DNA of 64,000 nucleotides from an uncultured delta proteobacterium (lineage in GTDB: Bacteria > Desulfobacterota > Binatia > UBA9968): NCBI GenBank assembly GCA_963816145.1, contig CAWFJP010000003.1:416001-480000 (forward strand). The letters are read 5' to 3'. Shown here in pieces: positions 29,324 through 39,708 of the stretch (position 1 is its first letter; each line of letters starts with the position of its first letter). The translations under genes were made by a program, and so were the position numbers. The notes under the pieces are model-generated. The model saw nothing but the letters and a program-made list of their open reading frames with translations. It did not search any database and was not told the origin of the DNA.

Positions 29324-30199
29324 ATGCACACTTCCACGCTCCTCTTCGGTGCCACATCGATCCTCGGCTACAGCATCGCCAAGTTGTTTCCGGAAACGGT
29401 TCTGCCGTTTGTCACGCGCGCTAATCGCGCGAAAACCCTCCGCCAATGGCCGGTGTTGAATTTGGAAGACTCGGCATGGCCGCGCACGGTCTTTGAACAG
29501 TACCAACCGAACATCTTTATTCAGTGCCACGCGGTGTGTGACGTACCTCGCTGTGAGGCGGCGCCCGAATGGGCGCGGGAAGTAAATATCGTTTATCTCA
29601 AACGGGTGCTCGATGCCCTGCCGGACAAGACTCGTCTAGTCTATGTCTCCTCGGATCACGTCTTTGGCGGGGACGGTATTTACGACGAAGACTCGCCGCC
29701 CTGTCCGATCAGTGTATATGGTAGGACGCGTGTGGCGGCCGAAGAAATGGTTCTCAGCCGACGCGGCTCCTTGGTCATCCGCGTCGGACTGGCGATCGGC
29801 CCCTCGCCCAACGGTCGCACCGGCCATTGGGATTGGCTGCGCTATCGAATTGGGAAAAATCTTCCGGTAACCATCGTTCTTGACGAGTATCGTTCGGTGG
29901 TTTGGGCTCAGGATCTGGCGTTGCGCGTGATGCAGATGGCGGAAAGCCGTGAAACCGGCATCCGCCATGTCTCGGCCACCCGCGCCATTTCGCGCATCGA
30001 CTTGGCGAATCATCTCCTGAGCATATTCGGCGAACCGACGAACTACGATCGTGAAAGCCGATTCGAACGTGCCACGCCCCATCTGGGTCGCGTCGAATTG
30101 GCAAGTAGGTTTCATGGCGAATTTTCCCAGCCGCTGGCATGCGTGCTTGACAGCCCGTGTCGGATCCCATGGTGCAATGACCTTGGACCGACTCCGTGA
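29324..30199 (+). CDS. RmlD-like extended SDR (sugar-nucleotide-binding) oxidoreductase
   Basis: GATSILG, VYVSSDHVFGG, PISVYGRTR, DEYRS. Confidence 0.8.
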   Translation: MHTSTLLFGATSILGYSIAKLFPETVLPFVTRANRAKTLRQWPVLNLEDSAWPRTVFEQYQPNIFIQCHAVCDVPRCEAAPEWAREVNIVYLKRVLDALPDKTRLVYVSSDHVFGGDGIYDEDSPPCPISVYGRTRVAAEEMVLSRRGSLVIRVGLAIGPSPNGRTGHWDWLRYRIGKNLPVTIVLDEYRSVVWAQDLALRVMQMAESRETGIRHVSATRAISRIDLANHLLSIFGEPTNYDRESRFERATPHLGRVELASRFHGEFSQPLACVLDSPCRIPWCNDLGPTP

Positions 30200-30558
30200 A
30201 CACTAGCGCATGGAAGACACTGACAATTTCCGCCCTCGCCAGCGCATCGATCTGGCTACTGACACCGCTACTGACAAGCCACCGGGAGCCTTGGGACGCC
30301 GACGGCAGTTGCTATCTCGTGGCACTCTTGATCGCCGGAGCCGTGGCCGGCGCGATCGCACCGAGACCGCTGTGGGCGCATTATGCCGGCTCCTTCGCCG
30401 GCCAACTCGGCTACGAACTGTTCATTCTCCGCGTCGGTCCCCTGTTCCTGATGGGCGCGGTTTTCCTGTTGGGCTACTGCGCGGTGTACTCTATGGCGGC
30501 TGCGCTCGCCGCCCTAGTTCGCGAGCGGATCGTGAAAAGAAATGCTGAGTCCAGTTGA
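30196..30558 (+). CDS. Hypothetical membrane protein
   Basis: About four hydrophobic segments, REPWD motif; overlaps upstream stop (GTGA). Confidence 0.65.
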   Translation: MNTSAWKTLTISALASASIWLLTPLLTSHREPWDADGSCYLVALLIAGAVAGAIAPRPLWAHYAGSFAGQLGYELFILRVGPLFLMGAVFLLGYCAVYSMAAALAALVRERIVKRNAESS

Positions 30559-30598
30559 CCTACCGGTGGTAATTGATTCAAGATCGAGTTGCTAAACT

Positions 30599-31309
30599 AT
30601 GACCGCATCGCAAAACGACGAACATTTTCTCTGCCTACGAGCCTCCCCGGCCAAGATGGATGAATACTGGGCCGAGGGTTGGCGTCATTTCGGTGTTATC
30701 TTTGTCCGATACCGGACTTCATCCCATGGCGGCAAGCCTTATACCGTTCTACCTTTGCGCATCGATCTTGGGCGCTTTCAGCTAACCCGGAGCCAGAAGC
30801 GAGTGCTGGCCAAAAACCGCGACATCGACGTAATCGTCCGGCCGTCCATCATCAACAGGGAAAAACAGGAACTCTTTGAAAAACACCGCGTTCGTTTCGA
30901 CGACAACGTGCCGGACTCCTTGTTCAACTTTCTCTCACCCAATCCGGCGGAAATTCCCTGCCCTAATCTGGAGCTGTGCATTTATCTAAAGGGACGCTTG
31001 CTCGGTGTAACCTTCCTCGACATTGGCGAAGTCTCGACCTCCGCGATCTACGCCATCTTCGACCCAGCGGAGACCAAGCGCAGCCTGGGCATCTTGATGA
31101 TCCTTCACTCGATAGAATTCAGCCGCAAGCGCAACTGCCGCTATTACTATCCGGGCTACGCTTACCGCGAGCCGTTCAACTACGATTATAAGAAACGTTT
31201 GGGCGCCCTCGAATACCTCGACTGGAACAACGGCTGGCGCCCCTACCTACCGTCAGTTGACGCTTCGATTGACGGTTCAATGTTGGTAGTCAAATCTCCG
31301 CCGCGCTGA
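30599..31309 (+). CDS. Aminoacyl-tRNA-protein transferase, ATE1/Bpt-like
   Basis: GWRHFG, LRIDL..F.LTRSQKR, SAIYAIFDP, RSLG, YYYPGY, YK. Confidence 0.8.
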   Translation: MTASQNDEHFLCLRASPAKMDEYWAEGWRHFGVIFVRYRTSSHGGKPYTVLPLRIDLGRFQLTRSQKRVLAKNRDIDVIVRPSIINREKQELFEKHRVRFDDNVPDSLFNFLSPNPAEIPCPNLELCIYLKGRLLGVTFLDIGEVSTSAIYAIFDPAETKRSLGILMILHSIEFSRKRNCRYYYPGYAYREPFNYDYKKRLGALEYLDWNNGWRPYLPSVDASIDGSMLVVKSPPR

Positions 31310-31657
31310 GTGCAGGTCGCCGTCGTTTTCTTCGGCAACTCTAGTGAGATAACTCGCTGATTCGCAATCTCGCGAGGACCCACTATCAAGAATGGGAATT
31401 ATCCCAGACCGTCCCGGTGTGGCGCGCAATCCGTGAGAAGGTGTTTGATCCTACTCACTTACAAACATTGGAATTCTCCAGAAGGCAGCCAGACGGTGGA
31501 TTAGTTCATGCTTTGGCATTCGCGGTAAGTTCAGCGTCACCATGCCGTGAGGCAATCAGCGGCTTGAGCATGACCCTTAATCGCGGTGGCTCCGAATCAC
31601 TCCCTCGCCGTCCTCGTGCCATTCTCCCATTATCAAAATTCGTTTGCCTAAAACAGC

Positions 31658-31674
31658 TTGGTATGACGGTTGCG
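31658..31674 (+). promoter_or_regulatory. Putative sigma54 (-24/-12) promoter
   Basis: TTGGTATGACGGTTGCG, GG-N10-GC, about 35 bp upstream of the cpaF ATG. Confidence 0.6.
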
Positions 31675-31708
31675 CATGCACTCCATCGAGTGCTTAGCGG
31701 AGGCAATC

Positions 31709-33079
31709 ATGAAAGAAGCGTTAAGACAATTACTGGACAAACGTGAAGGCAAGACTCAATGCGCCACATTTGAGCCCCATGCCGTCGGCCGTAATGTTTA
31801 CGACGAACTCAAGATGCGCATTCACCGCCAGCTCCTGGAAGCTTTAGATATGGCGAAGCTGGCAGCGGTGGATGCTCCAAGGATGGAAGCGGATGTGCGG
31901 CGCATCTTGCAGGAGTTGGTGATGACGGAACCACTGGCGTTGAATCGATTCGACCGCGAACGCCTCGTCCTTGACGTGGAGCACGAAGTCTTCGGTTTGG
32001 GTCCCCTCGAGGTGCTGATGAGCGACCCCGAAGTCAGCGACATATTGGTCAACGATCACCAAACCGTCTTTATCGAGCGACACGGCAAAATCGAAGAGAC
32101 CGACGTGCGCTTTCGCGACGAAGCGCACCTGATGCAGATCATCGGCCGCATCGTCAGCCGAGTCGGCCGCCGCATCGATGAACACTCGCCGATGGTCGAT
32201 GCCCGCCTCCCGGACGGGTCTCGCGTCAACGCGATCATTCCGCCTTTGGCCATCGACGGCCCGATCCTGTCGATACGCCGCTTCGGCGTTGAGCGGCTCA
32301 CGATGAAAGGCCTCATCGAACTCAATACGATGCCGCAGCACATCGCCGAAGTCCTAGAGGCCTGCGTCAAGTCGCGGCTAAACATCTTGATCTCCGGCGG
32401 CACGGGCTCGGGCAAAACAACCTTGCTCAATTGCCTCTCCAATTACGTTCCGTCCACCGAGCGCATCGTCACCATCGAAGATTCCGCCGAATTGAAGTTG
32501 CAGCAGAGACATGTGCTGCGGCTGGAGACCCGCCCGCCCAACATCGAAGGTAGCGGCACGATCACGCAGCGAGACTTGGTGCGCAATGCTCTGCGCATGC
32601 GGCCGGATCGGATCGTCGTCGGTGAGGTGCGCGGCGGCGAAGCGCTCGATATGATGCAGGCGATGAATACCGGACACGACGGCTCGATCAGCACCATTCA
32701 CGCCAACGCGGCTCGCGATGCCTTGGCCCGGGTCGAAACCATGATGATGATGGCGGGTTATGGTCTGCCGGAACGCGCCCTGCGCGAGCAAATCGCCTCG
32801 GCCCTGGACATTGTAATTCAGCTCGCTCGTTTGAGTGACGGCAGTCGCAAACTCGTGGAGTTCGCTGAGATTACCGGAATGGAAGGCAACGTAATTTCAA
32901 CCCAAACCATCTTCGGTTACGAACAGGTCGATGTCGACGCGGGCGGTAAAGTTGTCGGCAATTTCTATGCTACCGGCGTCATGCCCGCATTCATGACTCG
33001 CCTCGAGCGCTACGGCTTCAAGATTCCTGCCAATTATTTTTTGGCCTCGGATGAGCCGGCCATAAAGAAGGCGAGTTAG
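31709..33079 (+). CDS. cpaF: CpaF/TadA pilus-assembly ATPase
   Basis: [20 protein letters not shown], Walker [40 protein letters not shown]; RBS GGAGG. Confidence 0.92.
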   Translation: MKEALRQLLDKREGKTQCATFEPHAVGRNVYDELKMRIHRQLLEALDMAKLAAVDAPRMEADVRRILQELVMTEPLALNRFDRERLVLDVEHEVFGLGPLEVLMSDPEVSDILVNDHQTVFIERHGKIEETDVRFRDEAHLMQIIGRIVSRVGRRIDEHSPMVDARLPDGSRVNAIIPPLAIDGPILSIRRFGVERLTMKGLIELNTMPQHIAEVLEACVKSRLNILISGGTGSGKTTLLNCLSNYVPSTERIVTIEDSAELKLQQRHVLRLETRPPNIEGSGTITQRDLVRNALRMRPDRIVVGEVRGGEALDMMQAMNTGHDGSISTIHANAARDALARVETMMMMAGYGLPERALREQIASALDIVIQLARLSDGSRKLVEFAEITGMEGNVISTQTIFGYEQVDVDAGGKVVGNFYATGVMPAFMTRLERYGFKIPANYFLASDEPAIKKAS

Positions 33080-33171
33080 AGCGGTGAAACAATGCCGCGG
33101 GCGGAAACAACGCAGCCTGCGGCGTATCAGCGGCTCGCTAAACTCAAACGCTGATATGCTCGGACAAATTC

Positions 33172-34218
33172 TCACCGCGGCGGCAACGCACCGCCCTCGG
33201 CATAGACTTTGTAAAGCGCGACGGTCTCCGGATCGCGCGGCAACTCCCGCACTACCTTCTGAACCTCTTCCCCCGTGAGCGGCGTCGCCTCGCGCCCCAT
33301 GAGCTTTTTGAACTCCTGCTGGAACTCGGGATCTTTGAAAGTCCGCGCCATCGCCTCGCGCAGGATCTTCACCAATTCCGGCGGCGTACCCGGCGCCAGA
33401 TGATGCGGCCAACGCGGGACTTGAAAGGCGCGAAACAGCTCGATCACCTTGCGCTCGCGGTCGTTCTTGGCGAAGCTGTCGAGGTCAGGCAGTCCCGGCA
33501 AACGTGGATCGAAACGACCCTTGGGATTAGAAATGGTCGCGTGGAAGTGAACCTGATCGCGCAGGTCCTTGAGAACGCTATCGATGTTCCCTGACGTCCG
33601 GCCGTCGAGCTCACCGTTAACGAACGCGATGTCCATCTCCGGGTCATTGAAACCGACCACGAAGCGCGGCTCTTTCAAATCCAGCAGATGCGCGAACATC
33701 CGGCCGGTAATGTAGACGGAGTGGCCCACCGAATGGGCCCCCACGCGTAGACCACGCGCACTGCGAACTTTGTCGAGGCTATCGAAACTCGCAGTTTTGC
33801 GGCTGAAGAACACATACGGATTGCCGGTTTCCGTCGAGCCAATATAGGGAAACTTATCGATATCATAGTGGCTGCCAGATAGGCCGAGAATCGGCCCGGG
33901 AATCATGTTCCCCGCCGAGGCGATCTTCAAACCGTCAGGCTTCGCCGTGTAAAAATAATTGGCCGCCTTGCGACCCGAGGCGCCGTCCATAAACTCCATG
34001 ACGATGGTCGGGTTTCCCGGAACATATTTTTTCAAATAGGGTATCAGCGCGCGAGACTGAAACTCCCCGGAGCCACCGGCGCCGCCGCCGCGCACGATCG
34101 TGATAGTTTTGCCGGCATAATACGGAGCTTGAGCGCGGCTTTGGGTTGCCGCTAACAGCACCCCAAGAACCATCGCTGCTCGCGCAAAATTTTGAGTTCG
34201 GTTGATCAACTCCCGCAT
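33172..34218 (-). CDS. Bug/TctC-like substrate-binding protein
   Basis: YYAGKTITIV, PGNPTI, KPDGL, PGTPPELVKILREA; ATG 34218 with GGAGG RBS. Confidence 0.85.
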   Translation of the reverse strand: MRELINRTQNFARAAMVLGVLLAATQSRAQAPYYAGKTITIVRGGGAGGSGEFQSRALIPYLKKYVPGNPTIVMEFMDGASGRKAANYFYTAKPDGLKIASAGNMIPGPILGLSGSHYDIDKFPYIGSTETGNPYVFFSRKTASFDSLDKVRSARGLRVGAHSVGHSVYITGRMFAHLLDLKEPRFVVGFNDPEMDIAFVNGELDGRTSGNIDSVLKDLRDQVHFHATISNPKGRFDPRLPGLPDLDSFAKNDRERKVIELFRAFQVPRWPHHLAPGTPPELVKILREAMARTFKDPEFQQEFKKLMGREATPLTGEEVQKVVRELPRDPETVALYKVYAEGGALPPR

Positions 34219-34248
34219 CTGCGGTCCTCCTACGAATCGTAATGCCGA

Positions 34249-34455
34249 TTGAATGACCCTCGGCTTTAAACTGAGGGTTTCCAAATACGTCGACTGACGT
34301 TCACTCTTCGTTCCGTCATTCCGGCGCAGGCCGGAATCCAGGTTTTCTTGGGCCTTGCAGCGCTGGCAAAGATGGATGCCGGCCTTCGCCGGCATGACAA
34401 ATCTACACTTCGCCTGAAGGCGAGGGACTTCAAGCGTCCCTGAACGGTACATTCA
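34249..34455. mobile_element. Non-autonomous element with IS200/IS605-like hairpin ends and GTCAT palindrome core (copy 1)
   Basis: ccctcggctttaaactgaggg left hairpin; gtcattccggcg...gccggcatgac core; ttcgcctgaaggcga right hairpin; collinear with 56071-56303. Confidence 0.6.
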
Positions 34456-34603
34456 TAGAGCCGTCGCGGCTGCGCCGTCAAGGGCAACCGCCGCTGCTGT
34501 AACACGTGGCGACTGGAGCAAGGTTCATGCTATGTTTTTTATCGGGGTGATAGCGTACCTCAAATGATCTGGCTGTGGCAATTATTTTAGCGTGGAGGTT
34601 GTC

Positions 34604-35059
34604 ATGAATGATAGCACCGAAAAAAAAGCCCGGGCTCTGGGAATCAATCATGTCGTCCTGGAAGTCGACGATTTGGACAAGGCGTTGGAATTCTATGGCG
34701 CGCTATTCGAGTTCACTCTGCGCGGCAAGAGCGCACACAACGCCTTTATCGACTTAGGCGATCAATTCATCCAGCTAACTCTCGGCCGCAGCCAGGTCGC
34801 CGACACCAAGCGCCACTTCGGCTTTGTCGTCGACGACCGTGACGCCGTGCGCCGAGCGATGGACAGACTCGGCATGAAAAGCATCAACGACCGGCTCAAT
34901 ATCCTCGACCCATGGGGTAACCGTATCGAGATCGTCCCCTACGCCGACTGCCAGTTCACTAAAGCGAGCCACATCCTCAAAGGCATGGGCGTCGAAGTAC
35001 CGGCGAAGACCGCTAGCGCTATCGAAGAACTTCACAAGAAAGGCATGGCACCCGAGTGA
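34604..35059 (+). CDS. VOC/glyoxalase family protein
   Basis: GINHVVLEV, HFGFVVDD, DPWGNRIE. Confidence 0.88.
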   Translation: MNDSTEKKARALGINHVVLEVDDLDKALEFYGALFEFTLRGKSAHNAFIDLGDQFIQLTLGRSQVADTKRHFGFVVDDRDAVRRAMDRLGMKSINDRLNILDPWGNRIEIVPYADCQFTKASHILKGMGVEVPAKTASAIEELHKKGMAPE

Positions 35060-35622
35060 ATAAATTGGTGGGACTCCGGACGACCAAGTCGAGTGTCTCG
35101 ATGTCATCAACGCGCGGTAACACTCCGGCCTTCTGGTCGGGGACGACCACGCCGTTGGGACGGCTGTACATAGCCACCAACGACCGAGGATTGTGCGCCA
35201 TCAAGTTTGGCCGACTTGAACCGGAGCTTGAGCCGCTGATCAAATCCCGCGCCCGGCGCGATCGCGACAGTCAATTGTCAAATCTAGTTTGCACCCAACT
35301 CCAAGAATATTTTTCGGGGCGACGACGGCTTTTCGACCTTACGCTGGACTTATCCGCGCTGACTTCGTTTCATCGCGAAGTTTTGGCCGTCACGAGCCGG
35401 ATTCCGTGGGGAGAAGTTTGGAGCTATCAGCGCGTCGCCCGTAAACTGGGACGACCCCAATCCAGCCGAGCCGTCGGTCAAGCCTTGGGGCGGAATCCGA
35501 TTCCGATCGTCATCCCCTGCCACCGCGTCATCGCCAGCGACGGTGGTCTCGGCGGCTATTGCGGCAAGACCGGTCTAGAGTTGAAGAGCTGGCTACTGCG
35601 CCATGAAGGCGCGCAGTTGTGA
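35056..35622 (+). CDS. ogt: Methylated-DNA--protein-cysteine methyltransferase
   Basis: IPWGEVWSY, RAVGQALGRNP, active-site IPCHRV. Confidence 0.92.
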   Translation: MNKLVGLRTTKSSVSMSSTRGNTPAFWSGTTTPLGRLYIATNDRGLCAIKFGRLEPELEPLIKSRARRDRDSQLSNLVCTQLQEYFSGRRRLFDLTLDLSALTSFHREVLAVTSRIPWGEVWSYQRVARKLGRPQSSRAVGQALGRNPIPIVIPCHRVIASDGGLGGYCGKTGLELKSWLLRHEGAQL

Positions 35623-36536
35623 ATTCACGCGATACCGCTTCGTCTCACCACAGCGGCTCATCGGTAATGATCTGGACAGCGTTATCCGCAGTCTATCTGA
35701 TTTGGGGTTCGACCTATCTGGCGATTCGTTTCACCGTCGAAACTACGCCGCCATTTTTATCGGCGGCTGCACGCTTTATTGTTTCCGGCGCGGCGTTGTA
35801 CCTCTGGCGGCGCCTGTACGGCGATGCCACACCGAGCGGGAGCGAATGGCGCAGCGCCACAGTGATCGGCATCCTCTTACTCGTCGGCGGCAACGGCGCA
35901 GTGGTCTGGGCCGCGCGTTATATTCCGTCGAGTCTGGCAGCCTTACTGGTCGCCACTTGTCCGCTGTGGCTGCTGCTGTTCGACTTCATCCGGCGCGGCG
36001 GAGAAAAACCTGGGCCACGTGCTCTGTCAGGAATATGCATCGGCTTCTGTGGCGCAATCCTATTAATCGGCTGGTCGGCCAACGGCTCCACACCGAATAG
36101 TTTCGCCGGCGCAGTCGTCGTGGTCTTGGGCTCGATCTTTTGGGCCGGCGGGTCAATTTACGGCAAGACCGCCAAGCTGCCGTCATCGCCCCTGCTTATC
36201 ACCGGCATGGAAATGCTCAGCGGCGGCGGCGCCCTGCTCCTTATTGCCCTCGCCACCGGCGAAACGAGCTCTTTCGATATCGCGCAAGTTTCAACGCGTT
36301 CTGCCCTGGGCTGGATCTATCTGACCGTCATCGGCCCCATCGCCTTCGTCGCCTACGCATGGCTCCTGCGCAATGCGCCGATTCCGCTAGTTGCGACCTA
36401 CTCCTACGTCAATCCGCTGGTCGCCATCCTGCTCGGCTACTTTCTCGGCAAGGAGATTCTGGCCCTGCGAGTTCTGCTCGCCGCCGGATTGATCATCGGC
36501 TCGGTGGTCTTGGTTAGCGTGCGTAGAACGCCCTAG
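35619..36536 (+). CDS. EamA/DMT family transporter (YedA-like)
   Basis: VYLIWGSTYLAIR, TYSYVNPLVA, about ten TM segments. Confidence 0.9.
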   Translation: MNSRDTASSHHSGSSVMIWTALSAVYLIWGSTYLAIRFTVETTPPFLSAAARFIVSGAALYLWRRLYGDATPSGSEWRSATVIGILLLVGGNGAVVWAARYIPSSLAALLVATCPLWLLLFDFIRRGGEKPGPRALSGICIGFCGAILLIGWSANGSTPNSFAGAVVVVLGSIFWAGGSIYGKTAKLPSSPLLITGMEMLSGGGALLLIALATGETSSFDIAQVSTRSALGWIYLTVIGPIAFVAYAWLLRNAPIPLVATYSYVNPLVAILLGYFLGKEILALRVLLAAGLIIGSVVLVSVRRTP

Positions 36537-36605
36537 AGCAATTCCAAATTCCAGATTACAGATTCCAAATTTTCTGATATGTGCTGACAAATAAGTGGAG
36601 GCTCT

Positions 36606-37214
36606 ATGGCGATAAAACTTTATCACGACGTACCGTCCACCAATTGCGACCGCGTTAAAATCGTCCTGGCGGAAAAAGGACTCTCCTGGGAGGGGATTTG
36701 GGTCAAGCTTGGGAAAATGGAACAAAAGAGTCCGGAGCATTTGAAACGTAATCCCTACGGTAAAATTCCGGTGATCGACGATGACGGCAAACTGCTTTTC
36801 GAGTCTTGCATCATCAACGAATATCTTGACGAAAAATATCCCAACCCGCCGCTGCAACCGAAAGACCCGTATCTACGCGCCCGCGGCCGCATCCTGGTCG
36901 ACTATTTTTTGAACTATCTGCACGGTCCTTACTGGGCGCTGCGCGGCGAAATGATCAAGAAGAATGAAGCTGAACGCGACCAGAAGCTCATCACTGAAAC
37001 CAGAAAAGAAGTTACCGCGCGGCTTCAGTATCTCGAAGAAGCTCTTGGCGACAAACCTTTCTTCCTTGGCGAATACGGCCTCACCGATATCGCCATGCTG
37101 CCGCGCTTTCCGCGACTGGCGCAGTATGGCGTTTTGCCGAGCCCGGCGCTGCCCAAGTTAACCGCCTGGTTCGAGCGCATGAAACAGCGCCAGGCCGTGC
37201 AGGCAATCCTGTAG
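36606..37214 (+). CDS. Glutathione S-transferase family protein
   Basis: NPYGKIPV, FESCIINEYLDE, TDIA. Confidence 0.92.
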   Translation: MAIKLYHDVPSTNCDRVKIVLAEKGLSWEGIWVKLGKMEQKSPEHLKRNPYGKIPVIDDDGKLLFESCIINEYLDEKYPNPPLQPKDPYLRARGRILVDYFLNYLHGPYWALRGEMIKKNEAERDQKLITETRKEVTARLQYLEEALGDKPFFLGEYGLTDIAMLPRFPRLAQYGVLPSPALPKLTAWFERMKQRQAVQAIL

Positions 37215-37315
37215 AATTCTATGGAATAAAAACAGCGTGAGAAGTGCAAAGTGAGTTGTCCGGAGAGATCGTTTCGAGCTCTTTACTCCTCACTATTCAC
37301 TCCTCACTGCGCCCC

Positions 37316-38326
37316 CTATTTCCCCCCGAACACCTTGGCGAGAAAACCTTCTTTCTCAAGCTCAGCGACGTATTGATACAAGACGTAATCTTTCGCCTGA
37401 ATATCCTTGGCCTCCGGGCGGTTTCTTTTTAAGATTTGCGCGGTGAACTCGACCCCTTCGAGGGTCGGATACGGCTTAGTCGGAAAGGTTTTGCTGTAGT
37501 AGCGGTAGGTTTCTTCCAGCTGATCTTTTTGCTTTTCTGGATCAAGACGCAAATACTGCGCGATGGATTTCAAAACTTGCGGCTTCTTCGCCGGATCTTT
37601 CCATAGGCTGAGTCCCTCGATGAGCGCGCGCAAGGTGCGCATGGTCATGTCGGGATTGCGATCGAGGAAATTTTTGGTCGCGACGATCAGTTGGTGCGCG
37701 TAGGCAACACCGCTATCGGATAGATCGATGACTTCGTTAAAACCCAACTGCCGGCCGGCCAGATTGAGCGGCGGGCTGACAATAGCCCCATCGACAACCC
37801 CGGCCTTGAGCGCCGCGAAACGCTCGCTCTGACCGCCGCCTTGGAGAATGAATACATCCTTGTCCGGCTTGAGTCCATATTTCTCCACCGCGGCGCGCGC
37901 GGCCGTATCGGAGGATGAGCCGAAGCGGCTGATGACGATTTTCTTGCCGCGCAGGTCCGCCGGCACCTTGACCTCGGGCCGCGAAAGAATAAGAAACGGA
38001 AACGTGTTGATCATGCCGCCGACGAAATAAATATTCGCGCCGCGCAAATTGGCCGTCAAGGTCGCGACGCCGTCCTGGGTGGCGAATTGAATGTCGCCGG
38101 CGATCAACGATTGCATCCCCACAGTGCCGCCCGGGAACGATATCAATTCCACGTTGAGGCCGTACTTCTGAAATAACCCGGCTTGCTTGGTCACGAAATA
38201 GTGACTGTTGGTTCCCGCGGGCGCTTCGATGCCGATGCGCACCGTCGGCAGCGGCTTCTGCGCCCACGCCGCCACCCCGGACGACAAAATCACCATTAAG
38301 AGTCCTAGAAGGGCCAATCGCTTCAT
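37316..38326 (-). CDS. ABC substrate-binding protein, NitT/TauT family
   Basis: Signal peptide; GLFQKYGLNVEL, DLRGKKIVISRFGSSSD. Confidence 0.9.
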   Translation of the reverse strand: MKRLALLGLLMVILSSGVAAWAQKPLPTVRIGIEAPAGTNSHYFVTKQAGLFQKYGLNVELISFPGGTVGMQSLIAGDIQFATQDGVATLTANLRGANIYFVGGMINTFPFLILSRPEVKVPADLRGKKIVISRFGSSSDTAARAAVEKYGLKPDKDVFILQGGGQSERFAALKAGVVDGAIVSPPLNLAGRQLGFNEVIDLSDSGVAYAHQLIVATKNFLDRNPDMTMRTLRALIEGLSLWKDPAKKPQVLKSIAQYLRLDPEKQKDQLEETYRYYSKTFPTKPYPTLEGVEFTAQILKRNRPEAKDIQAKDYVLYQYVAELEKEGFLAKVFGGK

Positions 38327-38460
38327 AGTAACGCTCCTTGCTTGTGGCGCCGTTGTAGCGGTAAGCGGCGAACCCTGTCAAGCACAGAACCTTGGCTTTC
38401 CAGTTGATCGTTGCCTGAGACTCGACTACGGTCGTCAGCGATCGAAGCTATTGCAGTTCG

Positions 38461-39696
38461 ATGGAACGATCCCGTATGGCGCCGCAAGTCACACCCTGGC
38501 AAGTTCTCAAGGAGCGCGACTTCGGTCTTTTCTGGGCGAGCCTGCTCTTTTCCGCCGTTGGCAGCCAAATCTCCACGGTGGCAATCGCCTGGCAGATTTA
38601 CGAGATCACCAACTCGCCGTTTCAGTTGGGCTTGGCCGGACTGTTCCGGGCGCTGCCGATCATGCTTCTGTCGATTCCTGGCGGCGTGGTCGCCGACCGA
38701 ATGGACCGGCGTTGGCTGTTGATCATCACCCAGGGCGTCGCCGCGCTGTTAGCGCTTTCGTTGGCGCTCCTGAGTTTTTTCAGTCAGGTACAGGTCTGGC
38801 ATATTTATGCCGTGACGTTTCTCTCCGGCGCCGTGGGAATTTTCGATTCACCGGCGCGCACAGCTTTGATTCCCGCGCTCGTGCGCCCCGAGCAGCTGGC
38901 GACCGCCTACGCGCTGAACATCTCCTGGCGCCAAATCGCCACGCTGTCTGGGCCGTTCATCGGTGGCGTCATCATCGCCAGCGTCGGCCTCAGCACCTCA
39001 TACTTTATCGATGCTGTAAGCTTCCTAAGCGTGATCTTCTGTCTCGCGCTTATGCGCGCGCGCCCGGCGCCAACCTCTGATGTTAAGAAGGAATCGCCGA
39101 TGGATAGCGTGCGCAGCGGCTTTGCATTCATCCGCGACAACACCGCCATCCTGGGCTTGATGAGCATGGACACCTGCGTGCAGTTTTTCGGCGCCTATCG
39201 CTCGATGATGCCGGTGTTCGCCCGCGACATTCTCGCCGTCGGCCCCGCCGGCCTCGGCGCTCTGCTCGGTGTCCCGGCCTTCGGCGCCCTCGCCGGATCG
39301 GCCATCGTCTTGGCGGTGGGAAATCCTAAACGTAAAGGCGAGTTAATTATCACCGTCTCGTTGATCTACACCGCGGGGCTGATTTGCTTCGCCCTTTCGC
39401 GCTCGCTGATTCTGTCGTTGGCGATTGGCTTTCTCCTGGGCCTGGTCGACGCCGTCGGCGAGACCCTGCGCGATACCCTGGTCCAGCTGATCACCCCGGA
39501 CCCGATGCGCGGCCGGGTCAAAAGTTTCGATCAAGTCTTCATGTCCGCCGGCACTTACTTGGGCCATGCGCAGATCGGCGCGGCGGCGACTTTTCTCGGC
39601 GTCCCCGGCGCCTTGGTCATGGGCGGTTGTCTCGGTTCCGCGGGAGTTCTCTTGGTTGCGAAGTACGCGCGCGGTTTGCGCGAGATCGATGCTTGA
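38461..39696 (+). CDS. MFS transporter (EntS/DHA3-like)
   Basis: GGVVADRMDRR, FDSPAR, TPDPMRGRV; about 12 TM; start could be 38477-region ATG. Confidence 0.9.
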   Translation: MERSRMAPQVTPWQVLKERDFGLFWASLLFSAVGSQISTVAIAWQIYEITNSPFQLGLAGLFRALPIMLLSIPGGVVADRMDRRWLLIITQGVAALLALSLALLSFFSQVQVWHIYAVTFLSGAVGIFDSPARTALIPALVRPEQLATAYALNISWRQIATLSGPFIGGVIIASVGLSTSYFIDAVSFLSVIFCLALMRARPAPTSDVKKESPMDSVRSGFAFIRDNTAILGLMSMDTCVQFFGAYRSMMPVFARDILAVGPAGLGALLGVPAFGALAGSAIVLAVGNPKRKGELIITVSLIYTAGLICFALSRSLILSLAIGFLLGLVDAVGETLRDTLVQLITPDPMRGRVKSFDQVFMSAGTYLGHAQIGAAATFLGVPGALVMGGCLGSAGVLLVAKYARGLREIDA

Positions 39697-39708
39697 TCTC
39701 CGCTGTGG

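Noticed and set aside
34219-34452. N-terminal extension of the Bug ORF to 34452 (likewise 45390-45557 on the Liv SBP)
   Set aside because: Extensions are read-through of repeat elements; RBS and signal peptides mark the downstream ATGs
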